A stretch of DNA of 64,000 bases from an uncultured bacterium (GTDB taxonomy: Bacteria; Desulfobacterota_D; UBA1144; Nemesobacterales; UBA2774): contig CAVPJU010000008.1 in NCBI GenBank assembly GCA_963705505.1, positions 1 to 64,000 on the forward strand, in the 5' to 3' direction. Both the position numbers and the translations under genes were made by a program. Position 1 is the stretch's first letter. Every line of letters starts with the position of its first letter. Below, one piece after another: positions 11,068 to 20,746 of this stretch. The notes under the pieces were generated by a model, which saw only the letters and a list, made by a program, of their open reading frames with translations, was not told the origin of the DNA and made no database searches.

Positions 11068-13143
11068 CTAAAAGAGCCCCGTTATGCCCAGAGCCATATC
11101 GATTAATTTTATCCCGATGAAGGGCACTATAACCCCTCCGACGCCGTATACAAGGAGGTTCTTTCTCAGGAGAGTCTCCGCTCCGACAGGCCTGTATTTA
11201 ACCCCCCTGATAGCAAGCGGTATCAGGATCGGTATAACGACCGCGTTAAAGATCAGAGCCGACAGAATTGCGCTCTCGGGAGTACGCAGGCCCATGATGT
11301 TGAGCGCTGCGAGCCCCGGTATCGCCAGTATAAAGATAGCGGGGATGATCGCAAAATATTTTGCCACGTCGTTTGCGATGGAGAAGGTCGTAATCGCCCC
11401 CCTCGTTATCAGCAGCTGCTTTCCGATCTCTATCACCTCGATTAGCTTTGTCGGGTCGCTGTCGAGGTCGACCATGTTGCCCGCTTCCTTCGCAGCCTGA
11501 GTGCCGGAGTTCATGGCGACGCCTATGTCCGCCTGTGCCAGCGCGGGCGCGTCGTTCGTCCCGTCCCCCATCATGGCGACGAGCCTCCCGGAACGCTGCT
11601 CCCGGCGTATGTATTCGAGCTTATCCTCGGGTTTAGCTTCGGCGATGAAATCAGATACGCCCGCCTCATGCGCAATCGCCGCTGCCGTAAGCGGGTTATC
11701 GCCCGTCACCATGACGACCCGGAGCCCCATTGCACGCAGCCTGAAGATGCGGTCCCTTATACCCGGCTTGAGCACGTCGGAAAGCGATATGACCCCAAGA
11801 ATTTCCTTCCCCTCGGCGACAGCTATGGGCGTGCTGCCGCCCTTTGCGATACCGTCCACTATGCCCTGATACGATTCGGGGACCGAGCCCCCGGCATCTG
11901 TCACAAAAGCCTTGATGGCGTCGGGAGCCCCCTTCCTGAAACGCCTCCCGTCCCCGGTATCGAGCCCGCTGAGACGGGTCTGCGCAGTGAAGGGGATGAC
12001 CTCTCCCAAAGTCTCTCTCGGAGCCGTGCCGCCCAGTGTATCCGCGCCTAGCCTCACTATGGACTTTCCTTCCGGAGTGAGGTCACCGAACGACGCGTAC
12101 ATCGCGGCTACGGCAAGGCTCTCGCGCGTAACGTTCGGGACGGGGAAATACTCGGTCGCCTGGCGGTCGCCGATAGTTATCGTGCCCGTCTTGTCGAGAA
12201 GAAGCGTATCTATGTCCCCCGCGAGCTCTACCGCCTTTCCGCTCTTGGCGAGCACGTTGGCCGAGAGCGCCCTGTCCATTCCCGCAAGCCCGATCGCCGC
12301 CAATAGAGCGCCGATCGTCGTCGGTATCAGGCATACGAGCAGCGCGACGAGAGTGGGGATCGGAATCTCGACGCCGAAATATTTACCAATCGGATAGAGC
12401 GCTCCCGTCACCATGAGGAATGCAAGAGTGAGCCCGGCAAGAGTCACCGTAAGCGCAAGCTCGTTAGGTGTCTTCTGGCGCACAGCGCCCTCCACGAGCG
12501 CTATCATACGGTCGAGGAACGATTCGCCAGCGCCCGCGGTGATGCGCACCTTTATGAAGTCTGACAGGACGCGAGTGCCGCCGGTAACGCCCGAGCGGTC
12601 GCCTCCCGCTTCCCTTACCACGGGAGCGGATTCTCCCGTGATGGCGGATTCGTCCACCGTGGCGACGCCCTCTACGATCTCGCCGTCGTTCGGTATGACT
12701 TCCCCGACCGACACGTACACAATGTCCCCTTGCCTGAGCTCGTCCGAGCTCACATCTTCCGTACGCCCGTTCACGATCCTCCGCGCAAGCGTCTTCCGCC
12801 TCGTCTTCTTCAGCGTATCAGCCTGCGCCTTCCCCCTCGCCTCTGCGAGAGCTTCTGCGAAGTTCGCGAAGAGAACGGTCAGCCAGAGTATCAAAGTCAC
12901 CCATAGGGTATATAAAACGGCTTTGCTGCCGTGAGAGATATTCAAAGCGAGCACGAGGGTGGTCACAGCCGCCCCTATCTCGGTTACAAACATTACCGGG
13001 TTGCGCGCCATCGTGACGGGGTTCAGCATTAAAAAGGACTTTTTCGTCGCAGCCGCCACAAGCTCCCTTTCAAAGAGGGTGGCCCTGCGGACCTTCCTCC
13101 TCTCGAGCTTTGCAATTTCATTTACGTGTTGTATATCGGTCAT
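11068..13143 (-). CDS. kdpB: K+-transporting P-type ATPase subunit B
   Basis: TGES, DKTGT phosphorylation site, KGAPD, GDGTNDAPAL, FSIANDVAKYF. Confidence 0.98.
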   Translation of the reverse strand: MTDIQHVNEIAKLERRKVRRATLFERELVAAATKKSFLMLNPVTMARNPVMFVTEIGAAVTTLVLALNISHGSKAVLYTLWVTLILWLTVLFANFAEALAEARGKAQADTLKKTRRKTLARRIVNGRTEDVSSDELRQGDIVYVSVGEVIPNDGEIVEGVATVDESAITGESAPVVREAGGDRSGVTGGTRVLSDFIKVRITAGAGESFLDRMIALVEGAVRQKTPNELALTVTLAGLTLAFLMVTGALYPIGKYFGVEIPIPTLVALLVCLIPTTIGALLAAIGLAGMDRALSANVLAKSGKAVELAGDIDTLLLDKTGTITIGDRQATEYFPVPNVTRESLAVAAMYASFGDLTPEGKSIVRLGADTLGGTAPRETLGEVIPFTAQTRLSGLDTGDGRRFRKGAPDAIKAFVTDAGGSVPESYQGIVDGIAKGGSTPIAVAEGKEILGVISLSDVLKPGIRDRIFRLRAMGLRVVMVTGDNPLTAAAIAHEAGVSDFIAEAKPEDKLEYIRREQRSGRLVAMMGDGTNDAPALAQADIGVAMNSGTQAAKEAGNMVDLDSDPTKLIEVIEIGKQLLITRGAITTFSIANDVAKYFAIIPAIFILAIPGLAALNIMGLRTPESAILSALIFNAVVIPILIPLAIRGVKYRPVGAETLLRKNLLVYGVGGVIVPFIGIKLIDMALGITGLF

Positions 13144-13185
13144 AGTTTTGGTTCCTCTCTCATTTCCGTAAGAATTCTCACCATT

Positions 13186-14869
13186 TTACTTATACATACC
13201 CGCTGTCGTGACCTGCTCGGCAATAGGTCCGAGCACCGCAACCGGCATAAACAGGAGCGCCCCGATCAGGACCACTGTCCCGAGAATCACGAACCCGAAA
13301 AGGAGCGTATCCGTACGCAGTGTCCCGCTGGTTTCAGGGGACGGCTTCTTCACGGCGAGCGACCCCGCTATAGCAAGCGGCAGTATTATCGGTATGAATC
13401 GCGCGAAGAGCATGACGAGGCCCGTCGCAACGTTCCAGGGTACGGTACCGTCTCCCAGTCCCTCGAACCCGGAGCCGTTGTTCGCGGCAGAAGAGCTGAA
13501 CTCATACAGTATCTCCGAGAAGCCGTGAGCGCCGGGGTTAAGTACGGTAGACGCGCCCCACGGGGTCATGGCGAAAAGAGCCGTACATCCGAGGATAACA
13601 AACGGATGTACGAGCAGCGCGAGGAGCGCGAGCTTCATCTCCCGCGTCTCCACCTTCTTCGTGAGGTATTCGGGCGTCCTTCCCACCATCATGCCGCAGA
13701 TGAATACGCCTACAATGATATAGATGAACATGTTGATGAACCCCACACCTACGCCTCCGAAGGTCACGTTGAGCCACATGCCCGTGAGCGGAATAAGCCC
13801 CGTGAGCGGGTTCAGGCTGTCGTGCATCGCGTCGACGGAGCCGTTGCTCGTAGCCGTCGTCATCGTCGCCCAAAGCGGGCCCGCAGTGGTGCCGAAACGG
13901 AGCTCCTTGCCCTCGAGGTTCATCGAATGCTCGACCGGGAGTCCCGAAAAGGCCGCGGTCGGAGCGCTCTCGAAATAGACAGCCAGACTGACGGTGCTGA
14001 TGAGAATCACCGCCATTGCCGCAAAAATCACGGCCGCGTGACGGATCCTTCCGGTTATCCTGCCGAACATCCAGACAGACGACATCGCGATGAGCACTAT
14101 GCTAACGCATTCGACTATGTTGGTGAAAAATGTCGGGTTCTCGAAAGGATGAGCCGAGTTCGGACCGAACCAGCCGCCTCCGTTCGTCCCGAGCTGCTTG
14201 ATGGTGACGAACGCTGCCACAGGTCCCCTTGCGATCGTCTGCGCAACGCCTTCGAGCGTTTCCGCAGCCGCAGCGCCGTGGAATGTCATCGGTATGCCAC
14301 CCAGTACACAGGAGCACCGCTACGACTATCGCAATCGGCAGAAGGACGAGTAACGTGGCGTTAAGTAAGTCTTTGTAGAAGTTTCCGAGCTTCGGTTTTC
14401 CCGAAAGCCCCCTCGAAAGCGCGGCGAGCGCGGCGATGCCTGTCGCGGCAGAGACGAACTGGAGCCACATGAGAGCGAAGAGCTGCGTGAGATAGCTCAT
14501 CGAGACCTCGCCCGAATAGTGCTGGAGGTTCGTGTTCGTCACGAAAGAAGCCGCGGTATTGAATATGGTGCTAGGCTCGAGCGCTCCCTTAGCGTCCGGG
14601 TTTAAGGGCAGGGACTGCTGAGTCGCCATGATCGCAAATACGACGACGAACATCACAGCATTGAACAGCAGCAAAGAAAGCGAGTACCGCTTCCAGTCCT
14701 GCTCCTTATCGATAAAGCCTCCGCAGACATTCCGGAATAGCTTTGTGAAGCGCCCCCTCCACCCTTTTTCAGGGTCGCGCGGGTCCATAGACCATGTCAT
14801 CGCCTTTCCCAAAGGCCATGAAAGAAGGGCGGGTATTGCCAGAACTATAATTATAAACAGCAGTGACAT
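13186..14869 (-). pseudogene. kdpA: K+-transporting ATPase subunit A, split by a +1 frameshift near 14309 (real or sequencing indel)
   Basis: The N-part has TNTNLQHYSGE. The C-part has IKQLGTNGGG, TSNGS, GGVGVG and NNGSG. Removing one base in CTC CTG T GTA CTG restores ...AVLLVLGGIPMTF. Confidence 0.93.
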
Positions 14870-14881
14870 ATCGAATCTCCT

Positions 14882-14962
14882 CTAAAAGCGCTCAGGATCA
14901 ATAATCGCGTAAACCAGGTAAAAAAAGCAGAAAATCAGAACAATCGACGCTATCCACAGCAT
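14882..14962 (-). CDS. kdpF: KdpF peptide (26 aa), below the ORF-track cutoff
   Basis: MLWIASIVLIFCFFYLVYAIIDPERF*; the YL.YA...PERF signature; GGAGG SD; immediately upstream of kdpA. Confidence 0.92.
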   Translation of the reverse strand: MLWIASIVLIFCFFYLVYAIIDPERF

Positions 14963-14971
14963 TTTGGCCTC

Positions 14972-16924
14972 CTATATTTTTTCCAAAAGGACCGTCATTA
15001 TCCCGAGCAGGATAAAAGCTATCAAGCCAAGAGCAAACATTATTACCATCAACATTTTCTTATGCCTCCTCACGCGTGGTGAATGCGTATATTCAGTTAA
15101 ATGCCGTTCCATCGGCAACGTGAACTCGAACGAGGATCCCTTCCCCGCCTCGCTTTTTACGCCGACCGACCCTCCGTGAGCCTGCACTATCTCTTTCACG
15201 ATAGCAAGACCGAGGCCCACTCCCGACTTCTCGTCCTGCCCGGGAACGCGGTAGAACTGATCGAACAGTCTTGGGATGTGTTCGGGCGGAATACCCTCCC
15301 CGGTATCTTCGACCAAGAAGCGTATAAAGCCGTCTTCGCGCTCCGCCCGCACTATCACTATCCCGCCGGGCTTGGTGAACCTCAGCGAGTTGGAAATAAG
15401 GTTGGCGAACACATGGCGAATTCTGAAAAGATCAGCCGGAATCTCCGGAAAGTCCTCCGGGACTCCGTTTATAACTGTCACACCTTTATCTTTCGCCTCT
15501 GTGAGGAACGGCTCTATGCCCTCCCTCGCAAGCGAATGCGGTGAATAATTCCCGAGATCGAGGTTCGTCTTTCCCGACTCCATTCTGTTTAAATCGAGCA
15601 GGTCGCTCAGGATATTCACGAGCCTCTCGCTGTCCTCCCTCGCCGCCATGAGGAGCTCTGCCTGCTTCTCGTTGAGATCGCCTACTTTCTCCTCCAATAG
15701 AAGGTGTATCGACATGCGGAGTGAGGTGAGCGGTGTCCTGAGCTGATGGGATACCGTCGAGACGACGCCCCGCTTGAGCTCCTCCTGCTCATGCACCTGA
15801 GTCACATCGCTCAATATTATCGCGGAACCCGTGTGCTCGCCCGATTTAGGCTTGATCGGAATAGGCACCGCGATGGGCTTGTAGAAATACTCGCGCCCTT
15901 CGGTGAAACGCTGTATGTATCCGTTTTTCGAATCGATCTCCACGATCCTGTCCTCATCGAGCGCCCTGCTTATGAGACCGGGCATCCACTCGTATCCGAG
16001 GTCTTTTATGAGCACGCCGGGTTTTAGGCCGAAGACCCTGTCGGCGGTATTCGTCGAAACCTCGACGCGCCCTTCCATGTCGAGTACTGCGATTGCGTCG
16101 GGCAGGGCCTTCACGATCTCTTCCATAGCCCTCCTCATGCGGATGAGGTTCATCCTGTCGCTCTTCCTCACCTGCCTGAGAGCCGCGGTCATCTCGTTGA
16201 ATGATTCCGAAAGCTTCCCTATCTCGTCGCGCGAGCTGGACTCGATAACCACGTCGAGGTTCCCGCGGCGTATCTCATCGGCGGATTCTATCAGCCTGTT
16301 AATAGGCCTCAGTATCCACCTGTGTGTCAGGTAGCTGAAGAGTATCGCAATCGCAGCGCATGCGATGATCGCCCATAGCATCTGCCTGTAAGTGTAAGCG
16401 GCGAGCTTCCTCGCTTCGTTGTTGGCGTCGCTCATGCTCTTCTGGTTCATGATGAGTATTTCGTGCGCAAGCGCCTTTATCTTCTGAAACAGAGGAAGGA
16501 GAGTGGAGAAGTAAGCCTCGTTCCGCGCCTGAAAAGGGCGGGAAGCGTCCGTGACCAGCGATATGTTCTTCGTATAATCTCCGAAGAGCTTCTCTATCTC
16601 GAGGGCTTTTTCCCTTTCGAGAGGAAGCGTCACGTTGCCGAACTCGGACTTTAAAGCAGCTTTGAATTTTCCCGTGTTCTCATCGATGAGCTTGGTCCCC
16701 TCTTCGTTGTTCCCCGTGAGGGTGAAGAGGATTCCGCTGTCCATGCGCTCGAGCGCCTCTTTCATGTTCTGGCAGGCGACGACGCTCATGTAGTTTTCCT
16801 TGAGTATGACGTCGATCGCGAAACCCAGCTCTTTTATACGGGACATAGTGAGCAGACCGATTACGATTACTATCGCTAGCAGTCCCCCGAATCCGAGGGC
16901 TAATTTTTGACGTATTCCTATCAT
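14972..16924 (-). CDS. Sensor histidine kinase (TM-periplasmic 4HB-TM-HAMP-PAS-HisKA-HATPase; KinB-like) with a hydrophobic C-terminal peptide extension
   Basis: VSHQLRTPLTS H-box, NLISNSLRF, EDTGEGI, GVGLGLAI; extra tail MLMVIMFALGLIAFILLGIMTVLLEKI. Confidence 0.92.
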   Translation of the reverse strand: MIGIRQKLALGFGGLLAIVIVIGLLTMSRIKELGFAIDVILKENYMSVVACQNMKEALERMDSGILFTLTGNNEEGTKLIDENTGKFKAALKSEFGNVTLPLEREKALEIEKLFGDYTKNISLVTDASRPFQARNEAYFSTLLPLFQKIKALAHEILIMNQKSMSDANNEARKLAAYTYRQMLWAIIACAAIAILFSYLTHRWILRPINRLIESADEIRRGNLDVVIESSSRDEIGKLSESFNEMTAALRQVRKSDRMNLIRMRRAMEEIVKALPDAIAVLDMEGRVEVSTNTADRVFGLKPGVLIKDLGYEWMPGLISRALDEDRIVEIDSKNGYIQRFTEGREYFYKPIAVPIPIKPKSGEHTGSAIILSDVTQVHEQEELKRGVVSTVSHQLRTPLTSLRMSIHLLLEEKVGDLNEKQAELLMAAREDSERLVNILSDLLDLNRMESGKTNLDLGNYSPHSLAREGIEPFLTEAKDKGVTVINGVPEDFPEIPADLFRIRHVFANLISNSLRFTKPGGIVIVRAEREDGFIRFLVEDTGEGIPPEHIPRLFDQFYRVPGQDEKSGVGLGLAIVKEIVQAHGGSVGVKSEAGKGSSFEFTLPMERHLTEYTHSPRVRRHKKMLMVIMFALGLIAFILLGIMTVLLEKI

Positions 16925-16972
16925 AGCTTCCCTTTAAGTCATATGCTTTCTTTCAGGGATTCACAGTTAATT

Positions 16973-16988
16973 TGCAAGAGGCGTGCCT
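16973..16988 (-). promoter_or_regulatory. Sigma54 (-24/-12) promoter for the kinase-kdpFABC-kdpD unit
   Basis: Minus strand AGGCACGCCTCTTGCA = GG-N10-GC, about 50 bp upstream of the kinase ATG. Confidence 0.8.
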
Positions 16989-17041
16989 GGAAGAAATTCA
17001 TATAATATGCAATGTTATCGATAGGTTAGATTTCCCTACGC

Positions 17042-17086
17042 TTGCAATGTACAACGCATGTGCCGAATGCATATTGCATATTGCAA
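17042..17086. promoter_or_regulatory. Paired enhancer (UAS) boxes TTGCA-N3-TGCAA for a sigma54 activator
   Basis: TTGCAATGTACAA (17042-17054) and TTGCATATTGCAA (17074-17086), 32 bp apart and 54 bp from the -24 GG. Confidence 0.7.
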
Positions 17087-17114
17087 GGCGTTGAAAACAG
17101 AATTTCCTGTATTG

Positions 17115-18488
17115 TCAGATGCCGTACTGCTTCCGCTTCCGCCATAGGGTCGCCTGGTCGATGCCGAGTATATCGGAAGCCTCCTGCAGGGTCCTCGTCT
17201 CCGCGATGACGCGGCGTATGTGGTTTTCCTCTATCACGCTCAGAGGCACAGGGTCCCCGAGGCCGACCGACTCAGCCCGGGGTGAGATTGAATCCGGCAG
17301 ATGCTCCGTGCCGACGGTATCGCCCCGGCACAGTATCGCGGCCCTCTCGATCACGTTCCTGAGCTCTCGGATGTTCCCGGGCCACGAATAATTCCTGAGC
17401 GCGCTCATCGCCTCCGCGGTAAACCCGCGGAGAACCTTGTGGTTCTGCGCGCCGAAGAACGCGAGCATGATTCCCGCCAGGTCCTCCACGTCGTCGGGAC
17501 GCTCCGACAGGGGCGGCAGGTCGATCTCTATGACGTTCAGCCTGTAGTAGAGGTCTTCCCGGAACCTGCCCTCCTTTATGGCCTTCTCGAGGTCGGTGTT
17601 CGTAGCCGATATTATTCTGACGTCCGCCTTGTGTGTCCTCTGGCCGCCCACGCGCTCGTATTCTCTATCTTGAAGAAACCGCAGCAATTTCGGCTGAATG
17701 GACAACGGCAGGTCTCCTATCTCGTCGAGAAAGAGCGTACCCCCTTCGCACGCGGCTATCCTGCCGGGATTATCGGATACCGCTCCGGTGAACGCGCCCT
17801 TCACGTGCCCGAAGAGCTCGCTCTCAAGGAGCTCCGGGCTCAGCGTCGGACACGATATGACGGCGAAAGGCTTCTGCCTCCTCCCGCTCCAGCCGTGTAT
17901 CGCGCGGGCGAGCACTGTCTTCCCAGTCCCGCTCGGCCCCTTGATAAGGAGAGCGGCGTCAGACCGGGCTACACTGCGCGCGAGCTCGACTGCCCGCTGC
18001 ACTTCGGGATGCCTGGATTCGAAAGTGATTTCAGGGTTAATCTTGTTTATATCCTCTTCGAGTGCGGCGATGCGCCGCTCCATACTGCGCACGGACGCCA
18101 CACGGTCGGCGACTATTTCGACCTGCTCCGGCGTGAAGGGTTTCGGTACATAATCGGCGGCCCCGCTCTTCATCGCCTCGACAGCCGTGTCTATGGATGC
18201 GTAAGCCGTAATGACCACAATCTTTATCCACGGGCATGCGGCAAGGAGCGCGGGGATGAGGTCGAGACCGTCCTCCGCGCCTAGCCTCAAGTCCACGAAT
18301 GCGAGGTCGAATACGCGCCTCCCCGCCTCCGAAAGCGCGTCCCCCGCGTTGCTGACGGAGGTGACCGTATGGCCGCGCGATTCCAGGCACACGGTGAGAG
18401 TCTTTCTTATATTCGCCTCGTCATCGACGACGAGCACGTTTAATGAAGATGTTTCGGACAATGGCGTCGTGTCGGATTTATCTATCAT
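17115..18488 (-). CDS. Sigma54-dependent response regulator (NtrC/AtoC/AlgB-type bEBP)
   Basis: Receiver (VVDD...FVDLRL...KPF), GPSGTGKT, GAFTGA, WPGNIRELRN, Fis-type HTH. Confidence 0.96.
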   Translation of the reverse strand: MIDKSDTTPLSETSSLNVLVVDDEANIRKTLTVCLESRGHTVTSVSNAGDALSEAGRRVFDLAFVDLRLGAEDGLDLIPALLAACPWIKIVVITAYASIDTAVEAMKSGAADYVPKPFTPEQVEIVADRVASVRSMERRIAALEEDINKINPEITFESRHPEVQRAVELARSVARSDAALLIKGPSGTGKTVLARAIHGWSGRRQKPFAVISCPTLSPELLESELFGHVKGAFTGAVSDNPGRIAACEGGTLFLDEIGDLPLSIQPKLLRFLQDREYERVGGQRTHKADVRIISATNTDLEKAIKEGRFREDLYYRLNVIEIDLPPLSERPDDVEDLAGIMLAFFGAQNHKVLRGFTAEAMSALRNYSWPGNIRELRNVIERAAILCRGDTVGTEHLPDSISPRAESVGLGDPVPLSVIEENHIRRVIAETRTLQEASDILGIDQATLWRKRKQYGI

Positions 18489-18864
18489 TCTTTCACCAAT
18501 TTATCGAAGTCTCCGCGTCAGAGAGTATATAGAATCCGAAAGAAAAATCGAAAACGACGGCGCAGCCGGGATTCCCGGGGAGATACGGATATGAAAAGGA
18601 GAAACTACACATGATCAGCCCGATTATTATACCTTCCGAAGCGCTCTCGTGATAGCACACAGCAAGACCGATAACATAAAAGCTACTCGGACAGAGGTTA
18701 TATACCGCTGGGATGCCGATCCTTCCGGACTGAGTGAATAAGGCGGGTCGCCTCATCCATTCGGGGGTACAAGAGGACATTCAAAAAAAACGCTTCGTCC
18801 GTGTGTGTTTCGCGGTTATTCTATTTGGTGACCATAATGATGTGAAAATATTATTTTGAAATCA

Positions 18865-18880
18865 TGTGATAAAAATCAAA
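18865..18880. promoter_or_regulatory. Putative FNR/CRP-family box upstream of hemerythrin copy 1
   Basis: TGTGATAAAAATCAAA (GTGAT-N4-ATCAA) is one mismatch from FNR TTGAT-N4-ATCAA. Confidence 0.4.
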
Positions 18881-18899
18881 TCCATGCGGGGAGGTTATC

Positions 18900-19637
18900 A
18901 TGAGCGTTAATGAATCGGACAGAAACGACTCCGGCGATCGACGCCGGTTTTTACAATTACTCGCTTCGGGAGCGGTGCTCATAGCAGCGGGCAGCATATC
19001 CGACAATAAGGCGGAGGCTACGGTCCCCGCAGAAGAGCCCGAGAGTCAGGAAGCAGAGGTTTCCCCCGCCGAAGACCTCATGCGCGAGCACGGCGTGCTC
19101 AAGCGCGTGCTCCTGATTTACGGAGAATGCATCCGCCGGATCAATGCCGGGGCGGACATGCCTCCCGCAGTGCTGGTTAATTCGGCCAATATAATCAGGT
19201 CATTCATCGAGGACTATCACGAGAAGCTCGAAGAAAATTTCCTCTTCCCCAGGTTCCGCAATGTTAACAAGCTCGTAGACCTCGTCGATGTGCTCGCCGA
19301 GCAGCACAAGGCGGGACGAAAGCTGACAGATACGACGTTAATGCTCGCCAAAGCCGGTGCGCTCAAAGACCCGCAGGACAAGCAAAAACTGACCGAGTCG
19401 TTATACCTCTTCATACGCATGTACAGCCCGCATGAGGCGCGCGAGGACACGGTCCTTTTCCCCGCTTTTCGCACGATCGTGACGCCGAATGAATACGACG
19501 CCCTCGGAGAGGATTTCGAGAAAAAGGAGCATGAGCTATTCGGTGAAGACGGTTTTGAGTCAATGGTCGACCGGGTAGCCGCAATCGAGAAGACGCTCGG
19601 AATCTACGACCTCTCGCAATTCACTCCACGCACTTGA
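18900..19637 (+). CDS. Tat-exported hemerythrin (HHE) domain protein, copy 1
   Basis: RRRFLQ twin-arginine signal with A-E-A cleavage; EH...HEKLEE..LFP...EQH...HEAREDTVLFP. Confidence 0.88.
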   Translation: MSVNESDRNDSGDRRRFLQLLASGAVLIAAGSISDNKAEATVPAEEPESQEAEVSPAEDLMREHGVLKRVLLIYGECIRRINAGADMPPAVLVNSANIIRSFIEDYHEKLEENFLFPRFRNVNKLVDLVDVLAEQHKAGRKLTDTTLMLAKAGALKDPQDKQKLTESLYLFIRMYSPHEAREDTVLFPAFRTIVTPNEYDALGEDFEKKEHELFGEDGFESMVDRVAAIEKTLGIYDLSQFTPRT

Positions 19638-19847
19638 GGACGACGGTCAGTATTAAGTCTTAATTTACGCCGACATATGTACCGCTTCCGATCCGGTTCG
19701 GATTTGTTATGGAGCTAATCATATGCCGCCGGGGCTTTACGCCTCTCCCCTCCGTCACGGAACCCGTTTGCAGCAGAAATCTTATACCGTCCGCAACAAA
19801 TACTAACGCGCCGGCAAACCGATAACTTTAAAGCTGCTCAGACATTC

Positions 19848-19961
19848 TTGCAATCCGCAATGATCTTTCGGTGCTCATCTTGTAAATTACAAGACTACGC
19901 AAATCTAACTATCAGGAATCATTATATTATGGGTTGAATCAAATTAGGCACGCTCTTTGCA
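19848..19961 (+). promoter_or_regulatory. Enhancer pair plus sigma54 promoter homologous to the kdp promoter
   Basis: TTGCAATCCGCAA (19848), TTGTAAATTACAA (19880), AGGCACGCTCTTTGCA (19946-19961); same 32/54-bp spacing as the kdp promoter. Confidence 0.78.
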
Positions 19962-20005
19962 TTATAGCCAGGGGTACAATATCAATTCGATTCGGGAATG
20001 TTATT

Positions 20006-20746
20006 ATGAGCGTTAAAGAATTGAACAGAGAGGACTCCGGCTATCGCCGGCGGTTTTTACAACTGCTCGCTTCGGGAGCGTTGCTCATAGCCGCGGGCAG
20101 CATATCCGACAACACGGCGGAGGCTACGACACCAGCGGAAGGACCCGAGAGTCTCGAAGGGGAGATTTCCCCGGCCGAACGCCTCATGCGCGAGCACGGC
20201 GTGCTCAAGCGTGTGCTCCTGATTTACGGAGAATGCATCCGCCGGATCAATGCCGGGGCGGACCTGCCTCCTTCAGCGCTGATTAATTCGGCCAGTATAA
20301 TCAGGTCATTCATCGAGGACTATCACGAAAAGCTCGAAGAAGATTTCCTCTTCCCCAGGTTCCGCGATGTTCACAAGCTCGTAGACCTCGTCGATGTGCT
20401 CGCCGAGCAGCACAAGGCGGGACGAAAGCTGACAGATACGACGTTGATGCTTGCTAAAGCTGGCGCGCTTAAGGACCCGCAGGACAAGCAAAAGCTGACC
20501 GAGTCGTTAAGCCTCTTCATACGCATGTACAGCCCTCACGAGGCGCGCGAGGACACGGTCCTTTTCCCCGCTTTTCGCACGATCGTGACTCACAATGAAT
20601 ACGAAGCCCTCGGAGAGGAATTCGAGAAAAAGGAGCACGAGCTATTCGGTGAAGACGGTTTTGAGTCAATGGTCGACCGGGTAGCGGCGATAGAGAAGAC
20701 GCTCGGAATATACGACCTCACGCAATTCACACCGCATACCTGGTGA
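20006..20746 (+). CDS. Tat-exported hemerythrin (HHE) domain protein, copy 2
   Basis: Near-identical to copy 1; start set at MSVKEL by alignment with copy 1. Confidence 0.88.
   Translation: MSVKELNREDSGYRRRFLQLLASGALLIAAGSISDNTAEATTPAEGPESLEGEISPAERLMREHGVLKRVLLIYGECIRRINAGADLPPSALINSASIIRSFIEDYHEKLEEDFLFPRFRDVHKLVDLVDVLAEQHKAGRKLTDTTLMLAKAGALKDPQDKQKLTESLSLFIRMYSPHEAREDTVLFPAFRTIVTHNEYEALGEEFEKKEHELFGEDGFESMVDRVAAIEKTLGIYDLTQFTPHTW

Noticed and set aside
14290..14320. Programmed ribosomal frameshift in kdpA
   Set aside because: No slippery heptamer or homopolymer at the break; a single extra base explains it.
18493..18780. 95-aa ORF upstream of the sigma54 regulator, considered as the missing KdpD TM (DUF4118) piece
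   Set aside because: No recognisable motif or SD; cannot be supported.
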